The notes below the pieces were generated by a model, which saw only the letters and a list, made by a program, of their open reading frames with translations, was not told where the DNA came from and ran no database searches. A program made the position numbers and the translations under genes. Below, one piece after another: positions 29,835 through 39,097 of a DNA stretch of 64,000 nucleotides. This DNA is from Candidatus Krumholzibacteriia bacterium (GTDB lineage: Bacteria > Krumholzibacteriota > Krumholzibacteriia > JAJRXK01). Each line of letters opens with the position of its first letter. Position 1 is the stretch's first letter. The DNA is taken from the NCBI GenBank assembly GCA_041484665.1, contig JBGPIA010000001.1, forward strand, positions 1-64,000, written 5' to 3'.

Positions 29835-30968
29835 ATGAAGCTCGTCAACCAGCCGCTGCGCGTCAGCGTGGTGCTAGGAACCCGGCCAGAGGCGATCAAA
29901 CTCGCGCCGGTGGTCCACGAGCTCCGCCGGCGCCCCGGCGAGGTCATCGCCAGTGTCGTGAGCACCGGCCAGCACCGCGAGATGCTGGCGCCCATGCTGG
30001 ACCTCTTCGACCTGCGCCCCGACGCCGATCTCGACCTGCAGCGGCACGACCAGAGCCTGGAGCACATCGTCACATCGGTGCTCAACGGGCTGCCCGCGGC
30101 GCTCCAACGGCTTCAGACCAGCGTCCTGGTGGTGCAGGGTGACACCAGCACGACGTTCGCGGCCAGCCTGGCGGCCTTCTATCGCGCGATCCCCGTGGTG
30201 CACGTCGAGGCCGGGCTGCGCACGCCCGATCCGCGCAATCCCTTTCCAGAGGAGATGAACCGCCGGCTGACGACGCGGCTGGCCAGCCTGCACCTGGCGC
30301 CCACACCCAAGGCCGCCGCGGCGCTGCGCGCCGAGGGCGTGCCGGACGCGCGCATCCGCATGACGGGCAACACCGTGGTGGACGCCCTGCAATGGCTGCG
30401 CACGCAGCGCGCCGACCGCCTGGCGGCGGCTCGCCCGCCGGAGCTGACGCCGCAGCGACTGGAGGGCCTGCGCCTCGCCGTGGTCACCGGGCACCGCCGC
30501 GAGTCGTTTGGCGATCCGTTTCGCGACCTCTGCGTGGGACTGCGCCGCGCCGTCGAGGAGAACGCGGACCTGCTCATGGTCTACCCCGTCCACCTCAATC
30601 CGCGGGTGCAGAGCCCCGTGCGGGAGATCCTCGGCGGCCATCCGCGGATCCTGCTGCTGCCTCCCGTGGAGTACCCCACGATGCTCTGGCTGCTGGAGCG
30701 CGCTGCGGTGGTGATCACCGACTCCGGTGGCATCCAGGAGGAGGCGCCCAGCTTCGGGGTGCGCGTGCTGGTCACCCGCACGGTCACCGAGCGCACCGAG
30801 GGCATCGACGCCGGCGTATCCACGTTGGTGGGCACCGACCCTCGGCGCATCGCCGATGAGGTCCGCCACGCGCTGGCCGCGGGCAGGCTTTGCGCGCGTG
30901 ACAATCCCTTCGGCGACGGACGCGCGGCCGCGCGCAGCGTGGACGCCATCCTGGAGCTCTGTCGCTAG
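29835..30968 (+). CDS. wecB: UDP-N-acetylglucosamine 2-epimerase (non-hydrolysing)
   Basis: GTRPEAIKLAP, TGQHREM, QGDT, HVEAGLRT, PFPEEMNR, TDSGGIQEEAP, NPFGDG. Confidence 0.97.
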   Translation: MKLVNQPLRVSVVLGTRPEAIKLAPVVHELRRRPGEVIASVVSTGQHREMLAPMLDLFDLRPDADLDLQRHDQSLEHIVTSVLNGLPAALQRLQTSVLVVQGDTSTTFAASLAAFYRAIPVVHVEAGLRTPDPRNPFPEEMNRRLTTRLASLHLAPTPKAAAALRAEGVPDARIRMTGNTVVDALQWLRTQRADRLAAARPPELTPQRLEGLRLAVVTGHRRESFGDPFRDLCVGLRRAVEENADLLMVYPVHLNPRVQSPVREILGGHPRILLLPPVEYPTMLWLLERAAVVITDSGGIQEEAPSFGVRVLVTRTVTERTEGIDAGVSTLVGTDPRRIADEVRHALAAGRLCARDNPFGDGRAAARSVDAILELCR

Positions 30969-31108
30969 GCAAAGGGACGGCGCCGTCCAGCGACGCGCTG
31001 CGGCTTTGCGGCTGTGGGCGCGGTCGGGCTCTGGTCGACGGGTTTGGTGCGGCCGGCGCCGCGGCCGCTTGTCCGCGCGGTGCTCATGCGGCGCACCCGC
31101 AGCCGGGC

Positions 31109-32500
31109 TCAGAAGCTTTCCACCAGCTCGTACTCCCCGGTACCCATCTGCCGGATCAGTTCGGGCAGGCGCGGATGCTCCGGCAGCTGGTTGTAGATAC
31201 GGTCCAGCCAGCTGGTGGCGTTGTCGCGGAAGCCGAGCCGCGCCAGGACCACCGACCCCCCCAGCCAGGCCGAGGTCTCCGCGCCGTCGATCTTGAGCGC
31301 CTTGAGGTAGAGCTGCAGTGCCTCGCGTGTGGCGCCCGAGAGCTCGGCAAGCCTCGCCAGGCCGCACCACGCCGCGGCGTACGTGCGGTCCTGCTCCAGC
31401 GCCTGCATGAACCAGCGGCGCGATTCCTTGGGGCGCCCGTCGGCCAGCGCCGCCAGGCCCAGGTAGCGCAGGGGGTAGAGGCTGAAGTGGCGCGGCGAGA
31501 TCGGCGCGGGCTCCAGGCGTGCCGGCCCCTCCATCAGGGCACTGAGCTTCTGCACGGCGCGGGCCCGCAGCGCCGCGGACTCCCCGCCTTGGCGCAGCGA
31601 CGCGCGGAGCAGCGCCACCGCGTGCGACAGGCGTAGCAGCGATCCCTCACCGAAGTGGCCGATCCCCTCTTCGGCGACCGCCATCGCGTCTTGCGGCTTG
31701 TCGGCGGCCAGCAGGGCGTGCGCCAGGCGCGCGTAGAGGTCGGCGCCGAAGCGGGCAGCGCCCGCGTCCTCCTTCGCCCCGCGCACCAGTCCGACAGCCG
31801 CCTGCAGCGCCGCCAGCGCCTGCGCGAATCCGCGTACGGGCAACAGCTCGTCCTCGTGATAGACGGAGAGCTCGCAACCGAGCAGGTAGTGCAGGTACGG
31901 ATCGCTGGCGTCCGCGGCGAGGGCTTTGCGCAGCAAACGGAGGTTGCGCGACTTGCGCTCCTGACGGTCGGGGTCACGCTCCTGCCCGTGGACGATCGCC
32001 AGCGAGCTCTGCAGCACCCGGCCCGCGGTGGCGCTGGCCACCTGCAGCAGCGACGGCAGGAGGTCCTCGTGCACCGGGTAGCGGAAGCGGATCTCGGGCA
32101 GGTTGCGGAAGAGGCGCACGCGGTCCTGCACCGACAGCTGTCCGTGGGGGCCTTCGCGGCGCACGCGCGCGTAGTAGGCCAGCGCCGCCTCGTTGGCCAG
32201 CAGCCGCGCCAGCTCCACCGGACGGACTGGCTCGAGCACCTCATCGGCGTCGAGCACGAGGATCCAGTCGCCGTAGGCCGCCGAGAGCCCGGCGTTGCGT
32301 GCGGCGGAGAAGTCGTCACGCCAGGCGAAGTCGATCACGCGGGCTCCGTAGCCCTCCACGATCAGGCGCGTGTTGTCGGCGGAGCCCGTGTCGACCACGA
32401 CCACCTCGTCGGCGACCGCCAGGGCCGACTTGATGGCGCGTCCGATGGTGGCCTCGTCGTTGCGGGCAAGCAAGCACAGGCTGAGGGAGCGCTTCTGCAC
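31109..32500 (-). CDS. Glycosyltransferase family 2 with C-terminal TPR repeats
   Basis: SLCLLARNDE, VVDTGSADNT, WRDDFSAARN, LDADE, RLFRN..VHE; TPR-like C-terminus; GTG start. Confidence 0.9.
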   Translation of the reverse strand: MQKRSLSLCLLARNDEATIGRAIKSALAVADEVVVVDTGSADNTRLIVEGYGARVIDFAWRDDFSAARNAGLSAAYGDWILVLDADEVLEPVRPVELARLLANEAALAYYARVRREGPHGQLSVQDRVRLFRNLPEIRFRYPVHEDLLPSLLQVASATAGRVLQSSLAIVHGQERDPDRQERKSRNLRLLRKALAADASDPYLHYLLGCELSVYHEDELLPVRGFAQALAALQAAVGLVRGAKEDAGAARFGADLYARLAHALLAADKPQDAMAVAEEGIGHFGEGSLLRLSHAVALLRASLRQGGESAALRARAVQKLSALMEGPARLEPAPISPRHFSLYPLRYLGLAALADGRPKESRRWFMQALEQDRTYAAAWCGLARLAELSGATREALQLYLKALKIDGAETSAWLGGSVVLARLGFRDNATSWLDRIYNQLPEHPRLPELIRQMGTGEYELVESF

Positions 32501-32675
32501 GGGATCTCCGCGTGGTGCTAGGCAACGTTTTCCTGGCCGGGCAGTTCCCGATGGATCTGCCGCTCTCGCTCTAGGCTGAATGAAACTTTGAGGCCAACCG
32601 CGCTCTGCAGGCGCGGCGGAGGTGGCGCAAGGGCCGTTGTGACGCAGAACCGGTGGGTTGGAGGCGCGCAGAGCG

Positions 32676-32933
32676 TCAGAAGCGGGCGTGCGCCTTACGC
32701 ACCCGTGCGGTGAGATCGCGCCCGTGGGATTGCAGATCGAGAAGCACGTGCCCTACGCCCGCGCACCACGCGGGCAGATCGTGCACGATCGCCGCGTCGT
32801 CGCAGCGCAGCGTCACCACCGCCCCCACCGGCAGATCGCGCAGGCATGCCGCCAGGTCGATGATGGGGCGCGGGCAGAGCAGGCCGCGCAGGTCGAGCTG
32901 CACGTCAGCCTGCGGGCCTGTTTCCCCGCTCAT
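32676..32933 (-). CDS. tusA: TusA family sulfur carrier protein
   Basis: LDLRGLLCPRP (CPxP motif), DLPAWC. Confidence 0.88.
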   Translation of the reverse strand: MSGETGPQADVQLDLRGLLCPRPIIDLAACLRDLPVGAVVTLRCDDAAIVHDLPAWCAGVGHVLLDLQSHGRDLTARVRKAHARF

Positions 32934-33979
32934 CGTACCAGCCAGCTCTCACAGCGCTCGGGCGGCAGCGGCTCGACCTCCAGGATCCGCTCCTGCCCCA
33001 GGTGCTGGCAGCGCACGCGCACCATCGGGTGGCGCTTGCCGTCGCCGTAGCGCGCGGTGATAGCAGCCGCCAGCGCCAGCGCTTCTTCCGTCGGAGGACC
33101 GTCGAGCAACGCCGATGGTCCGTTGACCTCCAGGGCCTCCAGCACAGGCCGGACCCCGGCGAAGCGGCGCAGGAACGCGTTCTCCTCCTCGAATCGACCC
33201 ACAATCACCTTGCGCGCAGGATCGATCCGGAAGTGCCGGCCGACCTTGCACAGCAGCGCGTCCTCACGCCCCAGATCGTCGCGGCGGCCGTGCTCGAAAA
33301 GGTCGAACAGCCGGCGCGCGTAGCTCGGATCGGTGAGCGTGCAGCAACCGCCCGCCGGCTGGGGCCAGTCCGCGATGCCCAGGCGCCGCGCCAGGTCCAT
33401 CTGGGGCTTGCGGTCGCGCCCATGGAAGTCCAGAAGGCGCGTGCGGTCGAGGATCCCCTCGCGCTCGGGCCGCGTGGGCGCGAGCAGCCGTGCGCAGAGC
33501 GGACGGACCAGGCGGTCCCGCAGTCCGCTCTCCTGTGCGATGAGCGCCAGGGCGTGGCGGTGCTGGCTCTTGGGGCGCTGCCCCAGCACTTCCCCGGTGA
33601 AGACGAAGGCGGCGCCGCAACGCGCCATGAACTCCCGCGCGCGCGTCATCATGAGGATGCGGCAGTCGATACACGGATTTGCGTTCTGACCGTACCCGTA
33701 GCGGGGGTACTTGAGCACCGGCAGGTACTCGTCGGCGATATCGATGATTTCCACGGGGACCGCCAGCTGCGCCGCCACGTGCAGCGCCTGGTTGCGCAGG
33801 CGGGCGGGATCCTGCCCCTTGCGCTGCACCTGGCGGGCATGATCGGTGTGGCAGAAACCGGTGCTGAAGTTGATGGCGATGACCTCGATCCCCTGGTCGA
33901 CGACCAGGCGCAGCGCCAGCGTGCTGTCCAGCCCGCCGGAGAGCATGGCGACGGCGCGCGCGCGCTGCGGCGCGATCAC
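32930..33979 (-). CDS. PP-loop tRNA thiolation-type enzyme (ThiI/MnmA-like) with C-terminal DUF814-like region
   Basis: SGGLDS PP-loop, NPCIDCRI, TGEVLGQRPKSQ, PAGGCC, VGRHFR..IVGR..EN; GTG start overlaps upstream stop. Confidence 0.85.
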   Translation of the reverse strand: MIAPQRARAVAMLSGGLDSTLALRLVVDQGIEVIAINFSTGFCHTDHARQVQRKGQDPARLRNQALHVAAQLAVPVEIIDIADEYLPVLKYPRYGYGQNANPCIDCRILMMTRAREFMARCGAAFVFTGEVLGQRPKSQHRHALALIAQESGLRDRLVRPLCARLLAPTRPEREGILDRTRLLDFHGRDRKPQMDLARRLGIADWPQPAGGCCTLTDPSYARRLFDLFEHGRRDDLGREDALLCKVGRHFRIDPARKVIVGRFEEENAFLRRFAGVRPVLEALEVNGPSALLDGPPTEEALALAAAITARYGDGKRHPMVRVRCQHLGQERILEVEPLPPERCESWLVR

Positions 33980-35472
33980 GGCGCTCCTTTGCGCAAAGGC
34001 GCGGACGCCGGCGTGCGCTCCCCTGCCGGCTTGATGCGGTACAGCCAGGTCGACTGCTCGGGCGCGTCGGCTAGCTTGAAGGTCTGCACGAGCTCCAGGT
34101 CGTCTTGCAGCTGCTCCGGGATCCCATCCACCAGCGGCAACAGCTCGGGCGACACCGTGGCCGCGACCCAGGCGTTCACCTCGAGGTACTGGGCGCCCGC
34201 GCGGCGGGCCCAGCTGACGATGCTGCTGGCGCCCACATGGTCGGGGGTGCGCGCGTAGCGGCACCAGGCCCAAAAGCTCACGTACGGTTTGCGCGCGGCC
34301 ACGATCGTCTCCCGCGGCACCCGCGTCCGCAGCCACAGCCCCGCGGAGCGGATCCCCGGGTAGTACTCGTATTCGCGCCCGATCTGGCGCATGGCGCTGG
34401 CGTTGACCGCGACCAGGCCTGCCAGCATCACCACCGCCAGCGCGATCCAGGCCGCCTGCCGCAGCCGCGGGCGCGACAGCCATCGCCCGAGCTGCTCGAA
34501 GCACGACGCGGCCGCGACCAGCACGATCGGCAGGTAGGGCGCCCAGTAGCGTCCGTCCATGCGGAACGAGAACACCGGCAGGACGATCAGGGGCAGCGCC
34601 GGCAGCAACCAGCGCCCACCCCCGATGATGGCGCCCAGCAGCGCCGCCGCCGCGATGGGCGCTCCGATGGTCCCCGCCAGCCCGGCGCAGAGGTCTCGCA
34701 CGTTGTGCAGGTAGTGCAGCGCGAGGATGCCTCCAGGGTGCTCCTGCAGCGTTTGCTCCAGGAAGATGCTCTTGCTGCTCAGCAGCCAGTGCCCGGTCAC
34801 GCGCCAGAGGTAGACGGTGTACGGGAGCACGCAGACTGCGGCGCCCAGCAGCATCAGCGCACCCTGGCGCCGGCGGCGCAGCAGGTCCCAGGCAGCCACC
34901 ACGGCGATGAGAACGAGCCCTTCCGGGCGGATCAGGTACGCCATTCCCCACAGCACACCGGCCGGCAGCGGGCGCGCTGCCTCGTAGACGAGCCAGCCAC
35001 CCAGCAGCAGACAGGCGTAGCTGAGCTCGGAGAGATCGCAGGACGAGAGCACGAGCTGCTGGGGCAACGCGAGGGTGACCGCCGCCACGGCCATGGCCGT
35101 CCACTCCGGAAGCCGGCGCCGCGCCAGGAGGTAGGCGAGCAGCCCCACCATGGTCCCCGCCACCACGTTGACGCACTGGGCGGCTCGCAATGGAGCGATC
35201 GGTGCACGCGTGCCCAGCGAGAGCAGGGTCAGAGCGATGAGCGCGGGGAACCCGGGGGGAAAGGTGCTGTACGGAACGTGCCCGAATTCCGCTAGGTCGC
35301 GCCCGATGCTCATGTAGTAGGTGCCGTCGTAGGTCGGGTACTCGCGTCCGTTCGCCAGGACGATGCGCGCCGCGAGCCCCCCCAAGAGCAGCACAGCGAG
35401 CACGAGCTTGGGATACTGCAGCAGCGGAAGCGAGCCGGTCACGGGGCCGAGAAGCGATGCCGCGCGGCGCAT
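33976..35472 (-). CDS. Membrane glycosyltransferase (ArnT/PMT GT-C-like)
   Basis: TYDGTYY, FPPGFP, SE, AYLIRPEG, DGRY motifs in a multi-TM protein. Confidence 0.7.
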   Translation of the reverse strand: MRRAASLLGPVTGSLPLLQYPKLVLAVLLLGGLAARIVLANGREYPTYDGTYYMSIGRDLAEFGHVPYSTFPPGFPALIALTLLSLGTRAPIAPLRAAQCVNVVAGTMVGLLAYLLARRRLPEWTAMAVAAVTLALPQQLVLSSCDLSELSYACLLLGGWLVYEAARPLPAGVLWGMAYLIRPEGLVLIAVVAAWDLLRRRRQGALMLLGAAVCVLPYTVYLWRVTGHWLLSSKSIFLEQTLQEHPGGILALHYLHNVRDLCAGLAGTIGAPIAAAALLGAIIGGGRWLLPALPLIVLPVFSFRMDGRYWAPYLPIVLVAAASCFEQLGRWLSRPRLRQAAWIALAVVMLAGLVAVNASAMRQIGREYEYYPGIRSAGLWLRTRVPRETIVAARKPYVSFWAWCRYARTPDHVGASSIVSWARRAGAQYLEVNAWVAATVSPELLPLVDGIPEQLQDDLELVQTFKLADAPEQSTWLYRIKPAGERTPASAPLRKGAP

Positions 35473-35722
35473 GGCACGGATGGTATCAGCCAGCGGGAGG
35501 CCCGGCAACCAGGGGCTCGCCCGGCGCAGCGCGGCCCGGGGGCCCCGCGTGGCCGGTTCGTGCGCCGTCCACGAGCCGATCGTGTCCAGCGGGGCTCGGC
35601 GGGAGGCCCCAGGAGACGGCCCACCGGGGGCTCGACGCGACGTCGCCCGAGCGGCCGGTCGACGCGGCGCAGTCCGCCACCGGCTCGACGGGGCGGGCCC
35701 GGGGCGCTAGCTTGATCGGCCG

Positions 35723-36295
35723 ATGCAAGCATCCGACGACTCTACTGCCGGACGCCGGCTGAATCCAGCCGAGATCGCCGCGCTGCGCCCGGTGGCCGCG
35801 GACCTGGCCGTCCTGCGCCGCGCCGTCCTGGTGGGTGTGCTGGAGAACATCCGCAGCCTCGGAAACGTTGGCAGCATGTTCCGCTCGGCCGATGCCACGC
35901 GTATCGAGCGGCTGCTGCTCTGCGGGTTCACCGGCCACCCCCCCCGACGTGAGATCGAGAAGACCGCGTTGGGAGCACAGGACAGCGTGCCGTGGGAGTA
36001 TTGGACTCGCGCCGCACAGGCCTGCCAGCACTTGCGGGCTACCGGGTACCTGGTCCTGGCGCTGGAGCACACCACGCGCAGCATCCCGTTGGAGCAGGTG
36101 GAGCTCCCCGGCCCAACGGCGTTCGTCGTGGGCAACGAGTTGGCCGGCGTCAGCGACGAGGTGCTAGCGGTCTGCGACGCCGCGGTCGAGATTCCCATGG
36201 CCGGGGTGAAGGAGTCGCTGAATGTGGCCGTCGCGTTCGGAGTCGCGGCCTACGCGCTGCGGGCCAAGCTCGCGCGCGAGCTGCGCGGCGAGTAG
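35723..36295 (+). CDS. TrmH/SpoU family RNA methyltransferase
   Basis: LENIRSLGNVGSMFRSADA, KTALGA, VGNELAGV, IPMAGVKESLNVAVA. Confidence 0.93.
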   Translation: MQASDDSTAGRRLNPAEIAALRPVAADLAVLRRAVLVGVLENIRSLGNVGSMFRSADATRIERLLLCGFTGHPPRREIEKTALGAQDSVPWEYWTRAAQACQHLRATGYLVLALEHTTRSIPLEQVELPGPTAFVVGNELAGVSDEVLAVCDAAVEIPMAGVKESLNVAVAFGVAAYALRAKLARELRGE

Positions 36296-36319
36296 CGCGG
36301 GGCGTGGCGCCGCCTCCCG

Positions 36320-37396
36320 CTACAGGTTGACGCGCCGCCGCCGCGAGAGCTCCTGTCCGTAGGGGATGCCCAACGCGCGCAGCTGCGCGAACACCTCGTC
36401 CAGCAGACGGATCTTCTCGGAGAGCGGCAGGAACGCGCTCTTGAACCCTGCCACGACCAGGTCGACCACCTGCTCGAGGCTGAGATCGAAGACCGTGGCC
36501 GCCAGCCACAGCTCGCGGGTGCTGGTGGTGTCGCTGATCAGCCGGTTGTCGGTGTTGATCGTGACCCGCAGCCCCTCCTTCATGTAGAGCGGCAACGGGT
36601 GCTCCTGCAGGCTGCGCACTGCCTTGGTCTGCACGTTGCTCGTCAGGCACAGCTCCAAGGGGATGCGGTGGTCGTTGACGTACTGGAGCAGGTCGGGATC
36701 CTCAAGCAGGCGCGTACCGTGGCCGATGCGGTGCGCGCCGCAATAGTGCAACGCCTGGCTGATGCTCGCGGGCCCGAACGCCTCCCCCGCATGGATCGTG
36801 ATGTTGACGTTGTTGTTGAGGACGAGGTTGAACGCCTCGCGGTGGTGCTTGGCGGGGAAGTCCTTCTCGGCGCCGGCCAGATCGAATCCCACGACCCCCT
36901 GGTCCTTGCACTCCACCGCCAGGCGCGCCAGCTCGATCGAGCTCTCGGGGCTGATGTGGCGGATGCCGCATAGGATCTGTCCCGTACGGACGCCGTAGCG
37001 GTCCTGGGCCCGCGCCAACCCGCGGGCCACGGCCGCCACGATCCGCTCCATGGAGAGGCCGTTGCGCCGGTGGAGCAGTGGCGAGTAGCGGATCTCGGCG
37101 TACAGGACGTTCTCGCGATGGGCGTCCTCGGCCAGCTCGAACGCCGCGCGCGCCAGGGCCTCCTCGTCCTGCAGCAGCGGCAGTGTGATGTCGAAGACGC
37201 GCAGGTACTCGACCAGGCTCTCGCACTCCATGCCCACCTGCAGCATGCCGCGCAGCTCCTCCGCGTCGTCGGTGGGGAGCTCGATGTCGCGCTCGCGGGC
37301 GAGATCGATGACGGAGCCCAGGCGCAGGCTTCCGTCCAGGTGCAGGTGCAGGTCGGTCTTGGGAAGCCTGCGGACCAGTTCTTGGGTGAGCTGCAC
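36320..37396 (-). CDS. add: Adenosine deaminase
   Basis: LPKTDLHLHLDGS, GFDLAGAE, TIHAGE, RIGHG, LCLTSN, INTDN; probable GTG start at 37396. Confidence 0.93.
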   Translation of the reverse strand: MQLTQELVRRLPKTDLHLHLDGSLRLGSVIDLARERDIELPTDDAEELRGMLQVGMECESLVEYLRVFDITLPLLQDEEALARAAFELAEDAHRENVLYAEIRYSPLLHRRNGLSMERIVAAVARGLARAQDRYGVRTGQILCGIRHISPESSIELARLAVECKDQGVVGFDLAGAEKDFPAKHHREAFNLVLNNNVNITIHAGEAFGPASISQALHYCGAHRIGHGTRLLEDPDLLQYVNDHRIPLELCLTSNVQTKAVRSLQEHPLPLYMKEGLRVTINTDNRLISDTTSTRELWLAATVFDLSLEQVVDLVVAGFKSAFLPLSEKIRLLDEVFAQLRALGIPYGQELSRRRRVNL

Positions 37397-37490
37397 GGCC
37401 AGTCCTGGGGCGACGCCTGCCCGGCCCGCGGGGGTCGCGGGCCGGCGTGGCGCGGACCATACCACCGCGCTGGTCGCACAGCCAAGGGCC

Positions 37491-37530
37491 GGCGCGGCGT
37501 GACGCGGCGCGACGCGGCGCGACGCGACGC
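37491..37530. repeat. Pentanucleotide tandem array G(G/A)CG(C/T) x8
   Basis: ggcgc ggcgt gacgc ggcgc gacgc ggcgc gacgc gacgc in the lat-add spacer. Confidence 0.8.
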
Positions 37531-37576
37531 GAGATCGACCACAGCGCCGGCGCGTCCGCGTGGCCAGCGCGCAGCG

Positions 37577-38923
37577 CTACGACAGGCTACGCAGGGCGTG
37601 GTCGAGGATGGCGAGCGCCTCGTCCACCTCGTCGGCAGTGACGTCCAGGGGCGGACGGAAGCGAATCGACTCGGACCCGCAGGCGAGCGCCAGCAGGCCC
37701 AACTCGCGGCCGCGGTCTAGGAACGCTTTACGGCCGTCTGGCGAGGGAGCCGTGAACGCTGCCAGCAGACCACGGCCGCGGACGTTGCGCAGCCAGCGGG
37801 AGTGGACGGTCGCCAGGCGCTGCAGCCCGGTCAAGAGACGCTCCCCCTGCTGCGCGGCATTCTCCACCAGGCCCTCGTGCTGGATCACCTGCAGGTAGCG
37901 CGTGGCGCGCACCATGTCCACCAGGTTGCCGCCCCAGGTGGAGTTGATGCGGCCGGAGACCTTGAACACCGAGTTCACCTCGTTGATACGCTCGCCGGCC
38001 AGGATCCCGCAAACCTGCATCTTCTTGCCGAAGCACAGGACGTCCGGCTCGAGGTCGAAGTGCTGGTAGCCCCACCAGCGGCCGGTCACGCCCACGCCGG
38101 TCTGCACCTCGTCGACGATGAAGAGCAGCTCGTGCTCGCGCGTGAGGCGGCGCAGCTCCCGCAGGAACTCCCCGCGGAAGTGGTTGTCGCCGCCTTCGGC
38201 CTGGATCGGCTCGACGATCAGCGCCGCGATGCGGTCGCCGTCACGCTCGAGATGGGCGCGGATCTCGCGCAGTGACTGCTCCTCGGCGGCCTGCACCTGC
38301 GCCAGGTTCTGCTCCAGCGGAAAGACGACCTTGGGATTGCCGACCCGCGGCCATGGGAACTTGGGGAACCAGCGCACCTTGGTCGGATCGGTGTTGGTCA
38401 TGCTGATCGTGTAGCCCGACCGCCCGTGGAAGGCCTCGCGGAAGTGGATCACCGCGAGGTTCTCGTCGTCGGGCAGCCCGCGCGCCGCGCGCTTCTGGAA
38501 CTTCCAGTCGAACGCGGCCTTCAGAGCGTTCTCCACCGCGAGCGCCCCTCCTGAGACGAGAAACAAGTGAGGCAGCGCGGGCGGCATGGCCGTCCGTGCG
38601 AGCATGTCCACGAAGGCGGCCATCTCCTCGGTGTAGACATCGCTGTTGGACGGGTTGTGGATGGCGATGCGCGCCATGTGCTCGCGGAACGCCGGATCGG
38701 CCAGCGCCGGATGGTTGTGGCCGACCGGCTGCGTGGCGAAGTACCCGAAGAAGTCCAGGTACGAGCGGCCCGTGGCCCGGTCCACCAGGCGGCGTCCCTG
38801 GCTCTTGTCCAGATCCGCCACGAGGTGGAACCCGTCGGCGAGCATGTGCCGCGCGATGACCGCGCGCACGTCCTGCGCTCTCAGATGCGCAATCGCAAGG
38901 TGCTCGATGGCGTGGCGCATCAT
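37577..38923 (-). CDS. lat: L-lysine 6-transaminase (class III PLP aminotransferase)
   Basis: HMLADG, PSNSDVY, GALAVENALKAAFDWK, FHGRSGYT, FPKFPWPR, EPIQAEGGD, DEVQTG, FGKKMQVCG, RINSTWGG. Confidence 0.9.
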   Translation of the reverse strand: MMRHAIEHLAIAHLRAQDVRAVIARHMLADGFHLVADLDKSQGRRLVDRATGRSYLDFFGYFATQPVGHNHPALADPAFREHMARIAIHNPSNSDVYTEEMAAFVDMLARTAMPPALPHLFLVSGGALAVENALKAAFDWKFQKRAARGLPDDENLAVIHFREAFHGRSGYTISMTNTDPTKVRWFPKFPWPRVGNPKVVFPLEQNLAQVQAAEEQSLREIRAHLERDGDRIAALIVEPIQAEGGDNHFRGEFLRELRRLTREHELLFIVDEVQTGVGVTGRWWGYQHFDLEPDVLCFGKKMQVCGILAGERINEVNSVFKVSGRINSTWGGNLVDMVRATRYLQVIQHEGLVENAAQQGERLLTGLQRLATVHSRWLRNVRGRGLLAAFTAPSPDGRKAFLDRGRELGLLALACGSESIRFRPPLDVTADEVDEALAILDHALRSLS

Positions 38924-39025
38924 CTGACCCCCCTCTGTCCGGCCGGCCGGTCGGCATCCCGCCGTCGGCGGCGCGTCCTTCCAATCAAGTCCCTGCGGCG
39001 GCGCAGTGCCAGGCGCCCGCGTCTG

Positions 39026-39060
39026 GCCGTGCCTTGCCGCGCCGCGCCGCGCCGCGCCGC
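39026..39060. repeat. Pentanucleotide tandem array (GCCGC) x5 plus 2 degenerate copies
   Basis: gccgt gcctt gccgc x5 in the ahcY-lat spacer. Confidence 0.8.
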
Positions 39061-39097
39061 GCTTGCACGGGGCGTGCCGCAGGACCCTCGATTCCGC

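Noticed and set aside
32560..32595. Sigma28-like promoter (CAAAGTTT) upstream of the GT2-TPR gene
   Set aside because: No acceptable GCCGATAA -10 box at the required spacing, and no flagellar genes in the window
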